From NCBI RefSeq assembly GCF_006345805.1, contig NW_021835465.1:1-64000 (forward strand): a stretch of 64,000 nt of DNA. The letters are read 5' to 3'. Shown here piece after piece: positions 27,300-40,004 of this stretch; the first letter of the stretch is position 1; every line of letters starts with the position of its first letter. A program made the position numbers and the translations under genes. The notes beneath the pieces are model-generated. The model was given only the letters and a program-made list of their open reading frames with translations. It was not told the DNA's origin and did no database searches. The DNA is from Octopus sinensis. Its lineage: Eukaryota.

Positions 27300-27336
<37 letters not shown>

Positions 27337-27671
27337 GTGCGTGTATGTATGTATGTATGTATGTATGCATGTATGTGTGTAGTGAAGTATAGCATTGCTA
27401 CGAAACTCTACGCAACAGTAATTTATTAATCGAACTCGTTGCCAAGGATGTGTCTTGTATATATACAAATCAGTTTACAGAAATAGCACGACTTAACAAA
27501 TGAATTGGTTCTAAATTACGAATCGGTGAGAGGGGAATTTACAATGAATTCATGTTATAAATAGCGGTTTTGTTGTCCGCTGGTGAGATTTGATCTAACA
27601 AATATCGAAAGGCGTGAAACAAGCAGCAATGAATTAAGGCATGAACACCGATTTGATTTATTTATAATTGA

Positions 27672-28048
27672 CTAGCAGTATCGCCCGGCGTTGCTCGGGT
27701 TTGTAAGGGAAATAACTATAAAGCATTTTTAGAGAGTTGTAGCCAAAAAATAGCAAAAAAATGGAAAAAAAATTATGGTAAATTTTTTTTTGAGAGTTAA
27801 AAAGGTCGTGTTGTATCACCTAGACAGTCTGTGGTTTGTGTTTCTGATTCTTGACCCCATGTCGAATTTATTGATTTTTTTCAGAACTGGGGGAACTTTC
27901 CAAAATTTTCGCTGCGTTAGTTTTGAATTATGACATTGGGCTATGTGTGTGTCAAGTTTCATCAGAATCGGTTGAAAGCCGTGGTCAGGGTGACGGTACA
28001 ACCTGACAGACACACAGACAGACAAACTGCCGTTTATAAAGAGAGAGA
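27672..28048 (-). mobile_element. Non-autonomous Helitron (377 bp)
   Basis: Minus strand A|TC start at 28048, (CTGT)n near the 5' end, 3' hairpin CCCGAGCAACGCCGGG then CTAG|T at 27672. Confidence 0.9.
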
Positions 28049-28381
28049 TAATCAATTAAATATCTCTAGTTTTTATTTTATTCATCACTCGATCTTTCTT
28101 TCAGCTTGTTTTAGGTTCATCACTTAATGCGTCTTGTATTTGGCAACGAGTTCGGTTTTAGGACATCCTTTCCTTTTAGGACATCCCCACCAGTTTTGGA
28201 AACCCCGTTTAAAGCAGCAGCCCTTTTTAAACAAAACGGTAAAATAAAAACTAGGATTTCTTAGTTTAGTTAATTTCCTTGCTGGGTCTGTTGTATTTCA
28301 ACTCGACGCAGCTATTAATATCGTTATCTAGTAGATGGTTATAAATCTAGTTACTTTAAAAGAATATTGTTATCATATATA

Positions 28382-28789
28382 GGCGCAGGAGTGGCTGTGT
28401 GGTAAGTAGCTTGCTAACCAGCCACATGGTTCCGGGTTCAGTCCCACTGCGTGGCATCTTGGGCAAGTGTCTTCTGCTATAGCCCCGGGCCGACCAAAGC
28501 CTTGTGAGTGGATTTGGTAGACGGAAACTGAAGGAAGCCTGTCGTATATATATATATATGTATATGTGTGTGTGTTTGGGTGTCTGTGTTTGTCCCCCTA
28601 GCATTGCTTGACAACCGATGCTGGTGTGTTTACGTCCCTGTCACTTAGCGGTTCGGCAAAAGATACCGATAAAATAAGTACTGGGCTTACAAAGAATAAG
28701 TCCCGGGGTCGATTTGCTCGACTAAAGGTGGTGCTCCAGCATGGCCGCTGTCAAATGACTGAAACAAGTAAAAGAGTAAAGAGTAAAAG
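28382..28789 (+). mobile_element. SINE family B, full length
   Basis: Matches family consensus. Confidence 0.93.
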
Positions 28790-28849
28790 CTAGTATGTAT
28801 AATTATATATAAATGTGTGTGTGTGTATGTATGTATGTATGTATGTATG

Positions 28850-28883
<34 letters not shown>

Positions 28884-29559
28884 TGTATGTATGTATGTAT
28901 GTATGTATGTATGTATGTATGTATGTAGTGAAGTATAGCATTGCTACGAAACTCTACGCAACAGTAATTTATTAATCTAGGATTTCTTAGTTTAGTTAAT
29001 TTCCTTACCACACAGCCACTCCTGCGCCTATATATGATAACAATATTCTTTTAAAGTAACTAGATTTATAACCATCTACTAGATAACGATATTAATAGCT
29101 GCGTCGAGTTGAAATACAACAGACCCAGCAAGGAAATTAACTAGCTAGTTTAATTGTTAGTTTCACTGTTAATAACTGTATAATTATAATTAGATGTCTT
29201 AATGATATTTCTTGGATAAACTATTAGCAAATTTAAGGACTAATTACATTTACCATTTGCAGAAGAGCAACACCGTTTATTATAGTTGAAGTGGCGTAAG
29301 GATTACTTGAGCGCCTGTAGCCTCTAGTAATGACCCGGTATATAAACCTTATGAGCATTTTGTTCGCATTTCCCCTCATTTTCTCCTAAATCAACTTCCT
29401 ATTTATTGTTTAAAAAAAGTGAAATTTAGATGTTACTCTAAATAATTTGTGGCTGATCTTTTAGGGAAATGATATTTTCTTTTAAAACAATCCATATTTT
29501 AATTTATTGTTACCGTAATTCTTTTAAGAAGCATCTTTCGCGGCTATATTCTTAGTTGA

Positions 29560-30540
29560 CTGAAGATTTGGTTCGCTTGAAGTTGAAAAAGTATTTTTTC
29601 TCTTTATAAACACAGCAAATGTCCCTGTCTTCAACGAAAGTCTCTTCTTTAAATAGTTCATGGTTCATATGTAGACCTGCAACAACTTTCTACTTCGTTA
29701 GAAATTTCACTCCAGAAACTCGAACGCGAGAGTGAACGAATAAACAAGAATTTCCATTCTCAGATCTGCAGATTTTTTTATAATGCTCTTCCATTTCAAT
29801 GTTTCCGTTGTCAATCTCTTGATTATGCCATTGCAACAAATCATCAATGTTTATATAACAGGTGTAAACATCAAGAGGCAACTCATTAATCAGATCAACA
29901 CCCAATTGAGTTTCATTGCGAACAGTTTCTATTGGTTCTTTAAATCTCTCAAAACTAAATATGTTGAGGGCAGATTTTTTTCCAAACGCTTTCATAGTTT
30001 CTTAGCAACTTCGTTCTATGCACCTTTTACTGTTTTTACTGCATCCAGCACACCGAAATATTTCCAAATTTCTTTTAGCTTTTGGCCTTGAGCTGTGCTC
30101 ATTCAATTCTGATCCCGGTGCACAAGTTCCGTCTCCAGCTGTAACCAAATAGAAAAGTTCGCTAATCTTTAGCTACTTCAACACTTGGCGTTAATAATTT
30201 TTCTTTTACAATGAAACTTCTCAATCGCAAGCGCTTCCCAAATTAATTTCTTTCTTCAACATTAATAATGTGTGAGGGTGATTTACCACATTTACTCGGT
30301 TACTTTTTTCTTGGTTGTGAACAAATTTGCTGCTTCAGCATCAGCGATCCTACCTACTCCTCACACTCTAACATTATGCTTAGTCTTTTTTTTTATAGCG
30401 ATGAAACCAGACATTGCTTGCAGTAGCTGGTTTTCTAATAAACGTTTATTCACAGCCGCCTTCTTATCTTTAAGCGTCATAAAATTAGATAAGGTTGTAG
30501 TACGAATAGAAGCTTGTATAATAGGCATGCTTAAACGTTG
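29560..30540 (-). mobile_element. Tigger/pogo transposase relic, internally deleted
   Basis: Degenerate QRLSMPIIQAS..HNVRV..ADAEAANLF (CENP-B-like region) and C-terminal LDAVKTVKGA.NEV..MKAF..DIDDLLQWHNQE. Confidence 0.7.
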
Positions 30541-30544
30541 CGTT

Positions 30545-30985
30545 TGATCAGTTAACTAATGTTGATAAAAGCCGTTCCGGGCGAGGAATGAAGAAGACCA
30601 GTTCTTTAATACTGATCTTCGTAGGTTGCAATGAGTGCACACTTTTCATTTCCTTCAAGTAGCTTTCTGTAACCATTAAAATCGTACAGCTGATTGACCT
30701 AAAGACACGTTAGGCAATAAGCAATGATATCTCCTGGGCCAACTGCCTAAAGGACCGGTGCGGATTCTCGTGGATGAGACTGTTCAATCGATCGTTGTTA
30801 AACTGAGGAAGTCGGCTGGAACGTAGAGTCTGTGAGGTTGAATTTATTTTCTTTGAAACGTGAAAACCACTTTTGTGTAGTTCTTTCAGAATGGCGCTGT
30901 GTCCACACTCAGAACAAACCTTTGGAGTGGCTTTGGCAGGTTCCATCGGCGTGTCTCTCCCTTTGACTTCTGCAGTTTTCAAGCA
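30545..30985 (-). mobile_element. Mariner transposase N-terminal relic
   Basis: TPMEPAKATPKV..RSSRLPQFNNDRLNSLIHENPHRSFRQLAQE fits the mariner HTH/RSGRP region. Confidence 0.75.
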
Positions 30986-31077
30986 ATTCTTTCCCTTTTC
31001 ACTCTCTCTTTTTATTTATCTTGTCTCTTTCTTTTCCTCATTTTCCTCCTCTGTAATACTTCCTCTCTTTAAGTCTA

Positions 31078-31112
<35 letters not shown>

Positions 31113-31559
31113 GAAAATTGACTTCAGTGTTTTTCAGTTTTGTCGTGCGTAAATATCTTTCACTTCACGCCATTTGTACGTTCTCCCTACATTACTTATT
31201 AAAATTTTTTTTGCAGTCCGTCTATTTAAATACACTATTTACATTTCTCCCTCTATCAAAAAACACTGTGATACAGCCGATAAGCCTTCATTATTATCCA
31301 ATGAGAATTCAACCACGTCACTGAGCATTCATGCGTTAGAAAAAGATATCCTACAGTGGCTCAAGTTTTTTCCACTCAAGCTATTTTCTTCTACAGCTTT
31401 ATACACTACTCATATTTGGTTAATTTATATAACATACAAAAATATAGACATACTACGTACATACAACCGCTTTACAAAAATAGAGATTAATGTATATTTT
31501 TTTCTATGTTCATAAATTTTTGTCTAAAATATTGAAAAAATATACCACCAAAGGAAAAA

Positions 31560-32010
31560 CGTTAGATGGAGTCTCAATATAGAAGGGACATGACATTTTT
31601 CAAAGATCACCAAACTCATGTTGCAGCACGTGAAATACAGTCTCAAGAGAGAAGGGAGAGGAGACTTTCTCAACATCAGCAAAAGCATGCTGCAGCACGT
31701 CTGTTGGAATCTCAAGACAGAAGGAAGATGAGACTTTCTTAAGATCAGAAAAGGCCTGCTGCAACACTTAATGCTGAATCATTAAAACAGCGTTTAGCAC
31801 ACCAGATGCTATATATATATAGCTTTTAGAAACAGACCACGTACAAATTCGTTCTTCACAACACCTGGAGCTGCTTTCAGATAGGATCCATCCTATTCTT
31901 ATAAAATATGATAATTCTCTCCAAATCAATGTGTTAAACTCCAATTGTTGTTTATGCAAAGCTTTAAAATTTCTCCACAAATGTTTTGTTGTCAATGCTG
32001 CACTTTCCTG
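31560..32010 (+). mobile_element. Helitron RepHel N-terminal relic with 69-bp coding repeats
   Basis: Three 23-aa repeats (ESQ.RR..RLS.DQ..HAAAR), then AAFR.DPSY..NC.LCKALKF..CC zinc-finger region. Confidence 0.65.
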
Positions 32011-32255
32011 TACCACCTGTTTCCTGTATCATTGTGTGAGAATAAATAAATAAATAAAAAAAAGCGTCCAGTTTCTAAAACATGATAGAAAAAAAATTAT
32101 CAAGTGAAAGTAAATCGTTGTGGGTTCTCTACTTCAGTACGCACGCACGCACACACAAACACACACACGCGCACGCAAATACACATACATGTATGTAAGT
32201 GTGCTTGCATAGACTTCTTAACGTGTACATATGACCATGTATATATGCATGCCTG

Positions 32256-32317
<62 letters not shown>

Positions 32318-32341
32318 TATATAGATAATATATATATATAT

Positions 32342-32544
32342 ATATTCTTTTGCTCCTTTTAGTCATTTGACTGCAGCCATGTTGGAGCACCACCTTAAGG
32401 GGTATTAATCGAGTAAATCGACCCCAGGTCTCATTCTTGTAAGTTCTAGTAATTCTTCTATCGGTCTCTTTTGCCGAACTGCTAATTTATAGGGACGTAA
32501 ACACCAACATCAGTTGTCAAGCGATAGTGGGGGACAAACACAGA

Positions 32545-32611
<67 letters not shown>

Positions 32612-32636
32612 TGACGGGCTGCTTTCAGTTTCCGTT
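32342..32636 (-). mobile_element. SINE family B, 5'-truncated
   Basis: Matches the 3' part of the family. Confidence 0.85.
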
Positions 32637-32953
32637 GGTACAGAAACAATTGTAAGGAATCATTAAAGATATGTTAAAGAATTTTCTTTGTTTTTTTCTT
32701 AACATTTGGTATATATATATATACACATTGTAAAACATAACTGTCATCACTACTACATGAACCTGAAGATTACATAGTTTAATGCATGAAAGTACTTGTT
32801 CAACCAGAATCGATCATTATTATACTCTATCACTTCATTATATAACATATTCTTATATCATATTATTATAAGATTGCAAATAAAACGTGAAAATCAGATA
32901 AAATTGGAATTTCTTTGAGTAATATATTCTTCTATACACAATCATACACACCC

Positions 32954-33031
<78 letters not shown>

Positions 33032-33054
33032 CAAAATGTAACCACGTGTGAATC

Positions 33055-33228
33055 GTTGGCGATTTTTTCCCTCTCGTCTTCCTTTCTATTGGAACTCCTC
33101 TGCTTCTCAAGAAGACTTTTGCTCGAACGTAAACCATATTCTTTCCTTCCCTGAGCGTCTGCTACTACTTTACATGTACCACGTCCTTGCGTTGTTGTTT
33201 TTTTATGTTTGCTGTTTTTTTTGCGATT

Positions 33229-33230
<2 letters not shown>
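33055..33230 (+). mobile_element. Penelope-like pLTR-type repeat with decayed hammerhead
   Basis: Homologous to the reverse complement of 43860-44000. Confidence 0.6.
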
Positions 33231-33296
<66 letters not shown>

Positions 33297-33337
33297 TGTA
33301 TATGTATATATATAATATATATATATATATACATATG

Positions 33338-33383
<46 letters not shown>

Positions 33384-33699
33384 CATATGTATATATTAGT
33401 CTGCCTCTCATTCTCTACCGTCCCACACCTTCTTAATACCGTTATACTCAGTACACACACCACGCACACACATACACACTTAACAAACCACAGAAGAACA
33501 CACACACGACTCGCACAAAGTAATCGCACACACATTAGCTGCTACACACGTACACACACGCATCTGATAGCTTCACACACTCCCACACATACACACACTT
33601 GGTTGCAAACACACACACTTTAGCCAGGTTACTGTTGTCTCTCTATCCACACTTATCTCCATCTACTTCCTTCTGGTCAGTTCAACATGTGCAACCGTT

Positions 33700-33870
33700 A
33701 ACCCGGACACCTTCCTTTCTCTCTCAGATTTTTCCCCCTCGCCATCTATTTTCTCTTCTTATTCCTTTCTGTAGAAGGGCGTAGGCTTGAAACAGCGAAG
33801 ACTTCTTCCATTTTGCCCGAGTGTCAATCTAATACACCCAGCTTGCTGTTCCCCCTCACTTATCTATCTT
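33700..33870 (+). mobile_element. Penelope-like pLTR-type repeat with hammerhead motif (33766-33795)
   Basis: TTT-CTGTAGA-A-GGGC-gtag-GCTT-GAAA; same family as 6505-6745. Confidence 0.6.
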
Positions 33871-34668
33871 TTTTTCTTTTACTGTACAAATTTGAATCAC
33901 ACACACATATATATATAATTTTAAATTAATAATAAAAGGGTAAAATTATTAATTAAATTAATTAATATATCAATTAATTAATAATTTTACCAAGTAGATC
34001 GGTACGTTAAAATAACCTTTATAGGTAAAATTATACAAATATTTTATCATTATATACATAATTATAAAATTATGGTGGTAATAGTGTTTTTGACGTCTAT
34101 TTTTTCGGTGCGTGATGAGGCACAAACCAAGCCCTGGTTATGAGTATGCATATAGTTATAATATATAATATTATATATAACGTATATATATATATATATA
34201 TATATACATATATATATGAAATAAGGGCAAAAGAAAAATTCTAATGCCAAATATGCCGAATATAGACAAAATTGTCAATAACCATTATAATTTTTGCGTC
34301 TCGAAACAAGCGGATAGAAATTTCTAAACAATTCCGTTATTACCGTATTGGTCCCAATTTCAGAGTTATTTCATAAGAATTTTCTCCTCCTCAACGATAA
34401 ATACGTTAGACATAAATGAAATACTTATATATATATATATATCATATATAAACCAGGTTGATTCGGCCCAATATTACAGAAAGTTTCGTAATTGTCATAC
34501 AAACACCTATCTCGTCGGGCTCAGTTAACTGAATGGAGGCGTTACGTCAAGTCCGAGACTGCCACTGGAAACTGGGGTGCCATTGGTCAAGGCGTATCAC
34601 GTGATGTTGCTAGAAGTGAGATCTACATTCCTGCGACAACAGATGTATTTAAAGGGATAACCTCTGTG

Positions 34669-34703
<35 letters not shown>

Positions 34704-35353
34704 CTGTGTGCGCCTGTGAGTGTCAATGTATGTACACATTCACCAGTAATTACATTATAATCACTGCCAAGACGGCGACGACGCCCTCTAACACCATCAT
34801 CACCACCATCACCATCAATACCACCGCCACCACCACCAGCACCAGCACCACCAGCACCACCACCACTACCACCATCACCACCATCACCACTACCTACACC
34901 ACTACGAGTATCCTGTAAATTCCTTAAACTTACGTAAATAACTGAATTGTAGTCAGTGTTTGATGTTGTATGGGTTTGTCATGTGACGTACAGCTTTTAC
35001 ATCTCCTCCTAAATAGAGAGCTCCAGCTGTTTTATAGGCCTCAAATACTCTGATATGCTGTACTGGAGTTAGGAATTCTCACATTGGAGACAAACGTTGT
35101 ACATTTTCACACACAGACACACGTAAACACCCTCACGCACAATCTCATATCCACTGCTACACTCTTCGGACATACACGAACTTACACGCACATCTGCTTG
35201 TGCGTGTTTATGGGTGCACTTATAAAATAAGTACACAGAAACATGTGTAACAACAATATACATTCAAATATATAACCACATATATTATTATCCATCTATC
35301 TATCTATCTATTTATCTATCTATCTGTTTGTCTATCTATCTATCTATCTATCT

Positions 35354-35412
35354 ATGTAGCAAAGATGGTGCGTGCGAGTGACGAAACCACTTTAAGCATG
35401 ATCCTATAAATC

Positions 35413-35452
<40 letters not shown>

Positions 35453-35736
35453 ACTTAGCTCTCATGTGTTTATTCTCTCCCTGCCTGAGGTTACCGTGGT
35501 ATTTTCCGTAGGCTTTTCTTTCCACGGATAAACCTAGTCTTGCTTCTTACATTCTAAAAATTTCTTCTATGATACACGATCCCTTTTGATCGCCTTTTTT
35601 TCCCCCCGACCCCTTTTGATCGGAATTTTACTTTTTTTGCCATTTACCCCTTTTTCTTTTTCATTTTCGAAAAGAAAAGTTCTACATTTGTATTTATCCC
35701 CTCTGTGTTCAGCCCTTGTGGCCAATAAAGAAAGTC
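35354..35736 (+). mobile_element. 5'-truncated L1/Tx1-type LINE 3' end embedded in (TCTA)n
   Basis: Homologous to 13836-14270; (TCTA)n at 35291-35353 and 35737-35808. Confidence 0.85.
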
Positions 35737-35801
<65 letters not shown>

Positions 35802-35902
35802 ACTATCTACCCGCGTGGGTATGAGTATGAGTGTATCAGACTTAGAAATCTATATTCTCATAAAGCATGCCATAATACATACATACATACATACATACAT
35901 AC

Positions 35903-36134
35903 ACATTTCTTTACTACCCACAAGGGGCTAAACATAGAGGGGACAAACAAGGACAGACAAACGGATTAAGTCGATTACATAGACCCCAGGGCGAAACTGG
36001 TACTTTATTTATCGACCCCGAAAGGATGAAAGGCAAAGTCGACCTCGGCGGAATTTGAACTCAGAACATAACGGCAGTCGAAATACGGCTACGCATTTCG
36101 CCCAGCGTGCTAACGTTTCTGTCAGCTCGCCGCC
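35903..36134 (-). mobile_element. SINE family A, tail-1, within (TACA)n
   Basis: Matches family consensus. Confidence 0.92.
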
Positions 36135-36261
36135 TTGTTACATACATACATACATGCATATATTCATACATACATGTGTGTATAAATACGTACATACTTT
36201 CTCACAGATTTTTATATATAAAATAGCATGCATACATATGTGTTCGTATACAGTCATGTAC

Positions 36262-36296
<35 letters not shown>

Positions 36297-36299
36297 TTA

Positions 36300-38165
36300 A
36301 ATAAATACCTGCATGAAGACTATCATCAATAACCAAAGAACAGATGAGGAGAAATGGACCATTGGAAAATCAAACTCAACCCCAAAGTGCTTTTCTCTTT
36401 TGCAAAAAACCACAAGGTCATTTTCCACTGTTGGCCCTCTAATTGATGAAAATGGCACTCTCCAAGATAATGCCAAAACCACGAGTGAGATACTGCAGAA
36501 ACAGTACTGCTCTGTTGTTAGCAATCCTGATATGGCTGATCTGGACTGTGTCAGTGATGTTAATCCTCAACACAATATATCGGGCATAACGTTTGATATC
36601 TTAGCGGCAGTAAACGAAATTAAATACAATTCAGCAGTAGGCCCCGATAGGTTCCCTGCTTGTGTCTTGAAGGTGTGTCGACACCATCTTGTATCTCCTC
36701 TTGCTAATCTGTGGAGGAACTCAATGGATGCTGGTTATATCCTTGAGAACTTTCTGTCCCAGTCTGTTTCAGTTTTCAAAAAAGGGAAACAAGTCCCTTG
36801 CAGTGAACTCCCGGCCGATCTCGCTCATCTCTGATATCATCAAGGTACTTCAGAGGGTGGTGAGGTCACAGATAACCCAATTTCTTGAAAGCAACAGACT
36901 GATGAACCCCAACCAACATGGGTTCCGTAATGGAAGGAACTGCCTAACGCAGCTCCTGCATCACCTTGATGACATTTTGAGAGCTTTGGGAGAGGGCTCG
37001 AATACTGATGTCATCTACCTTAATTTCAACAAGGCCTTTGACAGCGTGGATCATAAGATCCAACATTGGTGTCTCTGGAAAGTTACTACAATGGATCAAG
37101 TGTTTCCTGACAGGCAGAACCCAACACGTTGTAGTCGAAGGAGTAAGATTAAACCCAGCCAAAGTCAGTAGTGGTGTTCCACAGGACACTGTGTTGGGCC
37201 CACTTCTTTTCATCATCTACATCAATGACATTACTGACATCACCCAGCACAGCAACATAAGAAACTTTGCAGATGATTCCAAGATCAAGAAGGTCATCAA
37301 TGAAGTGGGTGACCGGGCATGCTTTCAGTCAGATCTACTGGTTGTCATCCAATGCGCGGAAAATAATATGTTGCTGAACGAGGACAAATTTCGGAAAAGA
37401 GGATACTCTGAAACTCCCATACTCACTTCCTTCAGGTGAAACTCTCATGGCATCCAACAACATCGAATACTTGGGAATAATTGTGGACAACGACATAAGC
37501 TGGGCCACTTATATAAATTGCAAAGTTGACATGACCCGCAGAATGTGGTCTTCGATTCTCAGAACTTTCCATTCGAGAGATATCCACACCATTATCCCCC
37601 ACTTCTCTACTTTTGCTCGACCTCACCTTGAATACTGTTATTCACTGTGGTTTCCCCACACGAAACAAACTACCATGAAAAGTGAAGCACGTCAAAGGTC
37701 AATTACAAAAAAGATAGATGGCACGATAGGCCTTGACTACTGGGGGTCGACTAGAAAAGCTCAAGCTTTATTCTCTCCAAAGCCGTGGGCGCTACATCAT
37801 CTGCACGATGTGGAAAATATTCCATCAGCATTGCCCAAATGATATTTGGCATCGCCTTTAAGATACGCCCAAGACTTGGACCCTGTGCTATATGCCCACA
37901 ACATACATCATACTCGCAGCACATAACAACAATACGGTACAATTATTTCACCTCAATTGGCCCCACTCTCTTTAACATTACACCAAAACACCTTAACACA
38001 GACAAATTCCTTAAAAAATCCCCGGTTAGACCTCCTACACGCGGATGTCTCGTAAATAATAACTCTCTCCTCTAGTTGGCCATGTTGTCCGATTCCTGAT
38101 TTGAATGACTTTGCCAGGTGGTGACATTAAGTTAGACATAGCCTTGCCCAATACCGTCGAAACCT
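36300..38165 (+). mobile_element. CR1-clade LINE, 5'-truncated, frameshifted reverse transcriptase
   Basis: GPDRFP, RPISL, QHGFR, NFNKAFDSVDH, SGVPQDTVLGPLLFIIYIND, FADDSK, YLGI and RPHLEYC motifs across several frames. Confidence 0.92.
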
Positions 38166-39423
38166 CTCTCTCTCTCTCTCTCTCTCTCCACACACACAAA
38201 CACATATATATACACATACGTACATACATACATACATACATCATACATACATACATACATACATACCAGATTAAGCACATAAATGTGAAACAAGGTGAGA
38301 TAAAACAGTACTCAGATACTGGAGAGAGAGTAATATACTTTATCATTAAAACTGCAAAAACATCACAAAATCATCACAAAAACTGCTACTCAGAGTTTCA
38401 TATTCCTGTTCGTTGGAAAGTTGTAATTAAGAACTGTCATATATATGAATATATACAATATATATATATATATATATATATTATGTATGTGTGTGTGTGT
38501 GTATAAATTATGTAGATATATGTATATGTGTGTGTGTGTATGTATGTATGCATGTATGTATGTATATATATATACACACACATATATGCATACATACATT
38601 TAGGCACACGTGCACGCGCACACGCGCACATACATATGTAGATATATAAATACATTTAATCTTGTTGCCACATGTACACACTCATATACTCGTATTTATA
38701 CACATGGATGTTTGTTTTTGTACAGATACATGGACTAATTAACCTACACACACGCATACGCGCACGTGTATACATATGCATACACACACACACACACACC
38801 ACACACATATATATATATATATATACACATATACAAAAACACATGGTTATGCATACGTATTCATAAAAATATAACATATACATAATGATTTTAAATGCAA
38901 TGCACCAGTACACTCATACACACACACACACATATCTATATACATATATATACAAATATATATATATGATTTGTGTGTGTGTTTGAGCAAATTGCACCCA
39001 CAAACTCGGTCTGTGACATATGAATAATCAACGAAATGACGCAACTGTACACGACTTTATCAACAACATAGCAACCACCATATGCTGGAAATCATAGCAT
39101 ACGACTTGAAGAGAGCATGTGAAAGATAGATTTTGGAGTCACTTTGAAACACGATAGCAATCTGTTCGTTTTCTTCAACTTCAATCTTGACAATGCTTAC
39201 GGCCATTAAGTTCTCCTCGGAATATTACTTCCGGATCGTAGGCAATCAGAAATTCTCTTTGACATGCTAAAAATGTTTTATGAGTTTGAAGCATTATCTT
39301 TATAGTTTTGAAGTTTGGTTCGTATCTTTGTTTTTCTGTGTTCGATATCATCGCCCGTGGTATGTGGCAGAAAGCTAAGCTTTGTAACGTATCCGTGGAT
39401 TGATGGAAGCCTTTCGAATCATA

Positions 39424-39545
39424 CAGTTCGTCCTCGTCTTGTTTGTTGTTAACACAACGTTTCGGCTGATATACCCTCCAGCCTTCATCAAGTGTCTTGG
39501 GGAAATTTCGAACCTGGGTTCTCATTCCTAAAGCGTTTTTCGATG
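39424..39545 (-). mobile_element. Family D hammerhead-bearing tail, inverted and without its own head
   Basis: Reverse complement of 39892-40004 with few differences. Confidence 0.9.
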
Positions 39546-39555
39546 TTTATTATTA

Positions 39556-39599
<44 letters not shown>

Positions 39600-39600
39600 G

Positions 39601-39691
39601 TATGCCCACGGGCATATGGCTTAGCGGTTAAGAGCGCGAGCTACTAACCCTAAGATTCCGAGTTCGATTCCAGGCAGTGACCTGAATAATA

Positions 39692-39733
<42 letters not shown>

Positions 39734-39779
39734 TGATAATAACAATAACAATAAAATAATAATAATAAGAATAATAATA

Positions 39780-39824
<45 letters not shown>

Positions 39825-39833
39825 TAACCAATA

Positions 39834-39880
<47 letters not shown>

Positions 39881-40004
39881 CAATAATAACTTCGAAAAAT
39901 GCTTTAGGAATGAGAACCCAGGTTCGAAATTTCCCCAAGACACCTGATGAAGGCTGGAGGGTATATCAGCTGAAATGTTGTGTCAACAACAAACAAGATG
40001 AGGA
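39601..40004 (+). mobile_element. SINE family D: tRNA-like head, (AAT)n linker, Penelope-type hammerhead tail
   Basis: A-box TGGCTTAGCGG (39617), B-box AGTTCGATTCC (39661), tail from 39892. Confidence 0.85.
39939..39984 (+). ncRNA. Minimal type I hammerhead ribozyme motif
   Basis: GACAC-CTGATGA-A-GGCTG-loop-CAGCT-GAAA-TG-T-T-GTGTC; stems I and II pair; activity not shown. Confidence 0.7.

Noticed and set aside
31569-31775. CRISPR-like or regulatory array
   Set aside because: Contiguous in-frame diverged repeats with no unique spacers; eukaryotic context with no cas genes
39181-39525. 114-aa ORF
   Set aside because: Starts inside the family D tail and shows no recognisable homology
39610-39684. 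tRNA gene (also the heads of SINE families A-C)
   Set aside because: A and B boxes are present but acceptor and anticodon stems pair poorly, and each continues into a repeat body
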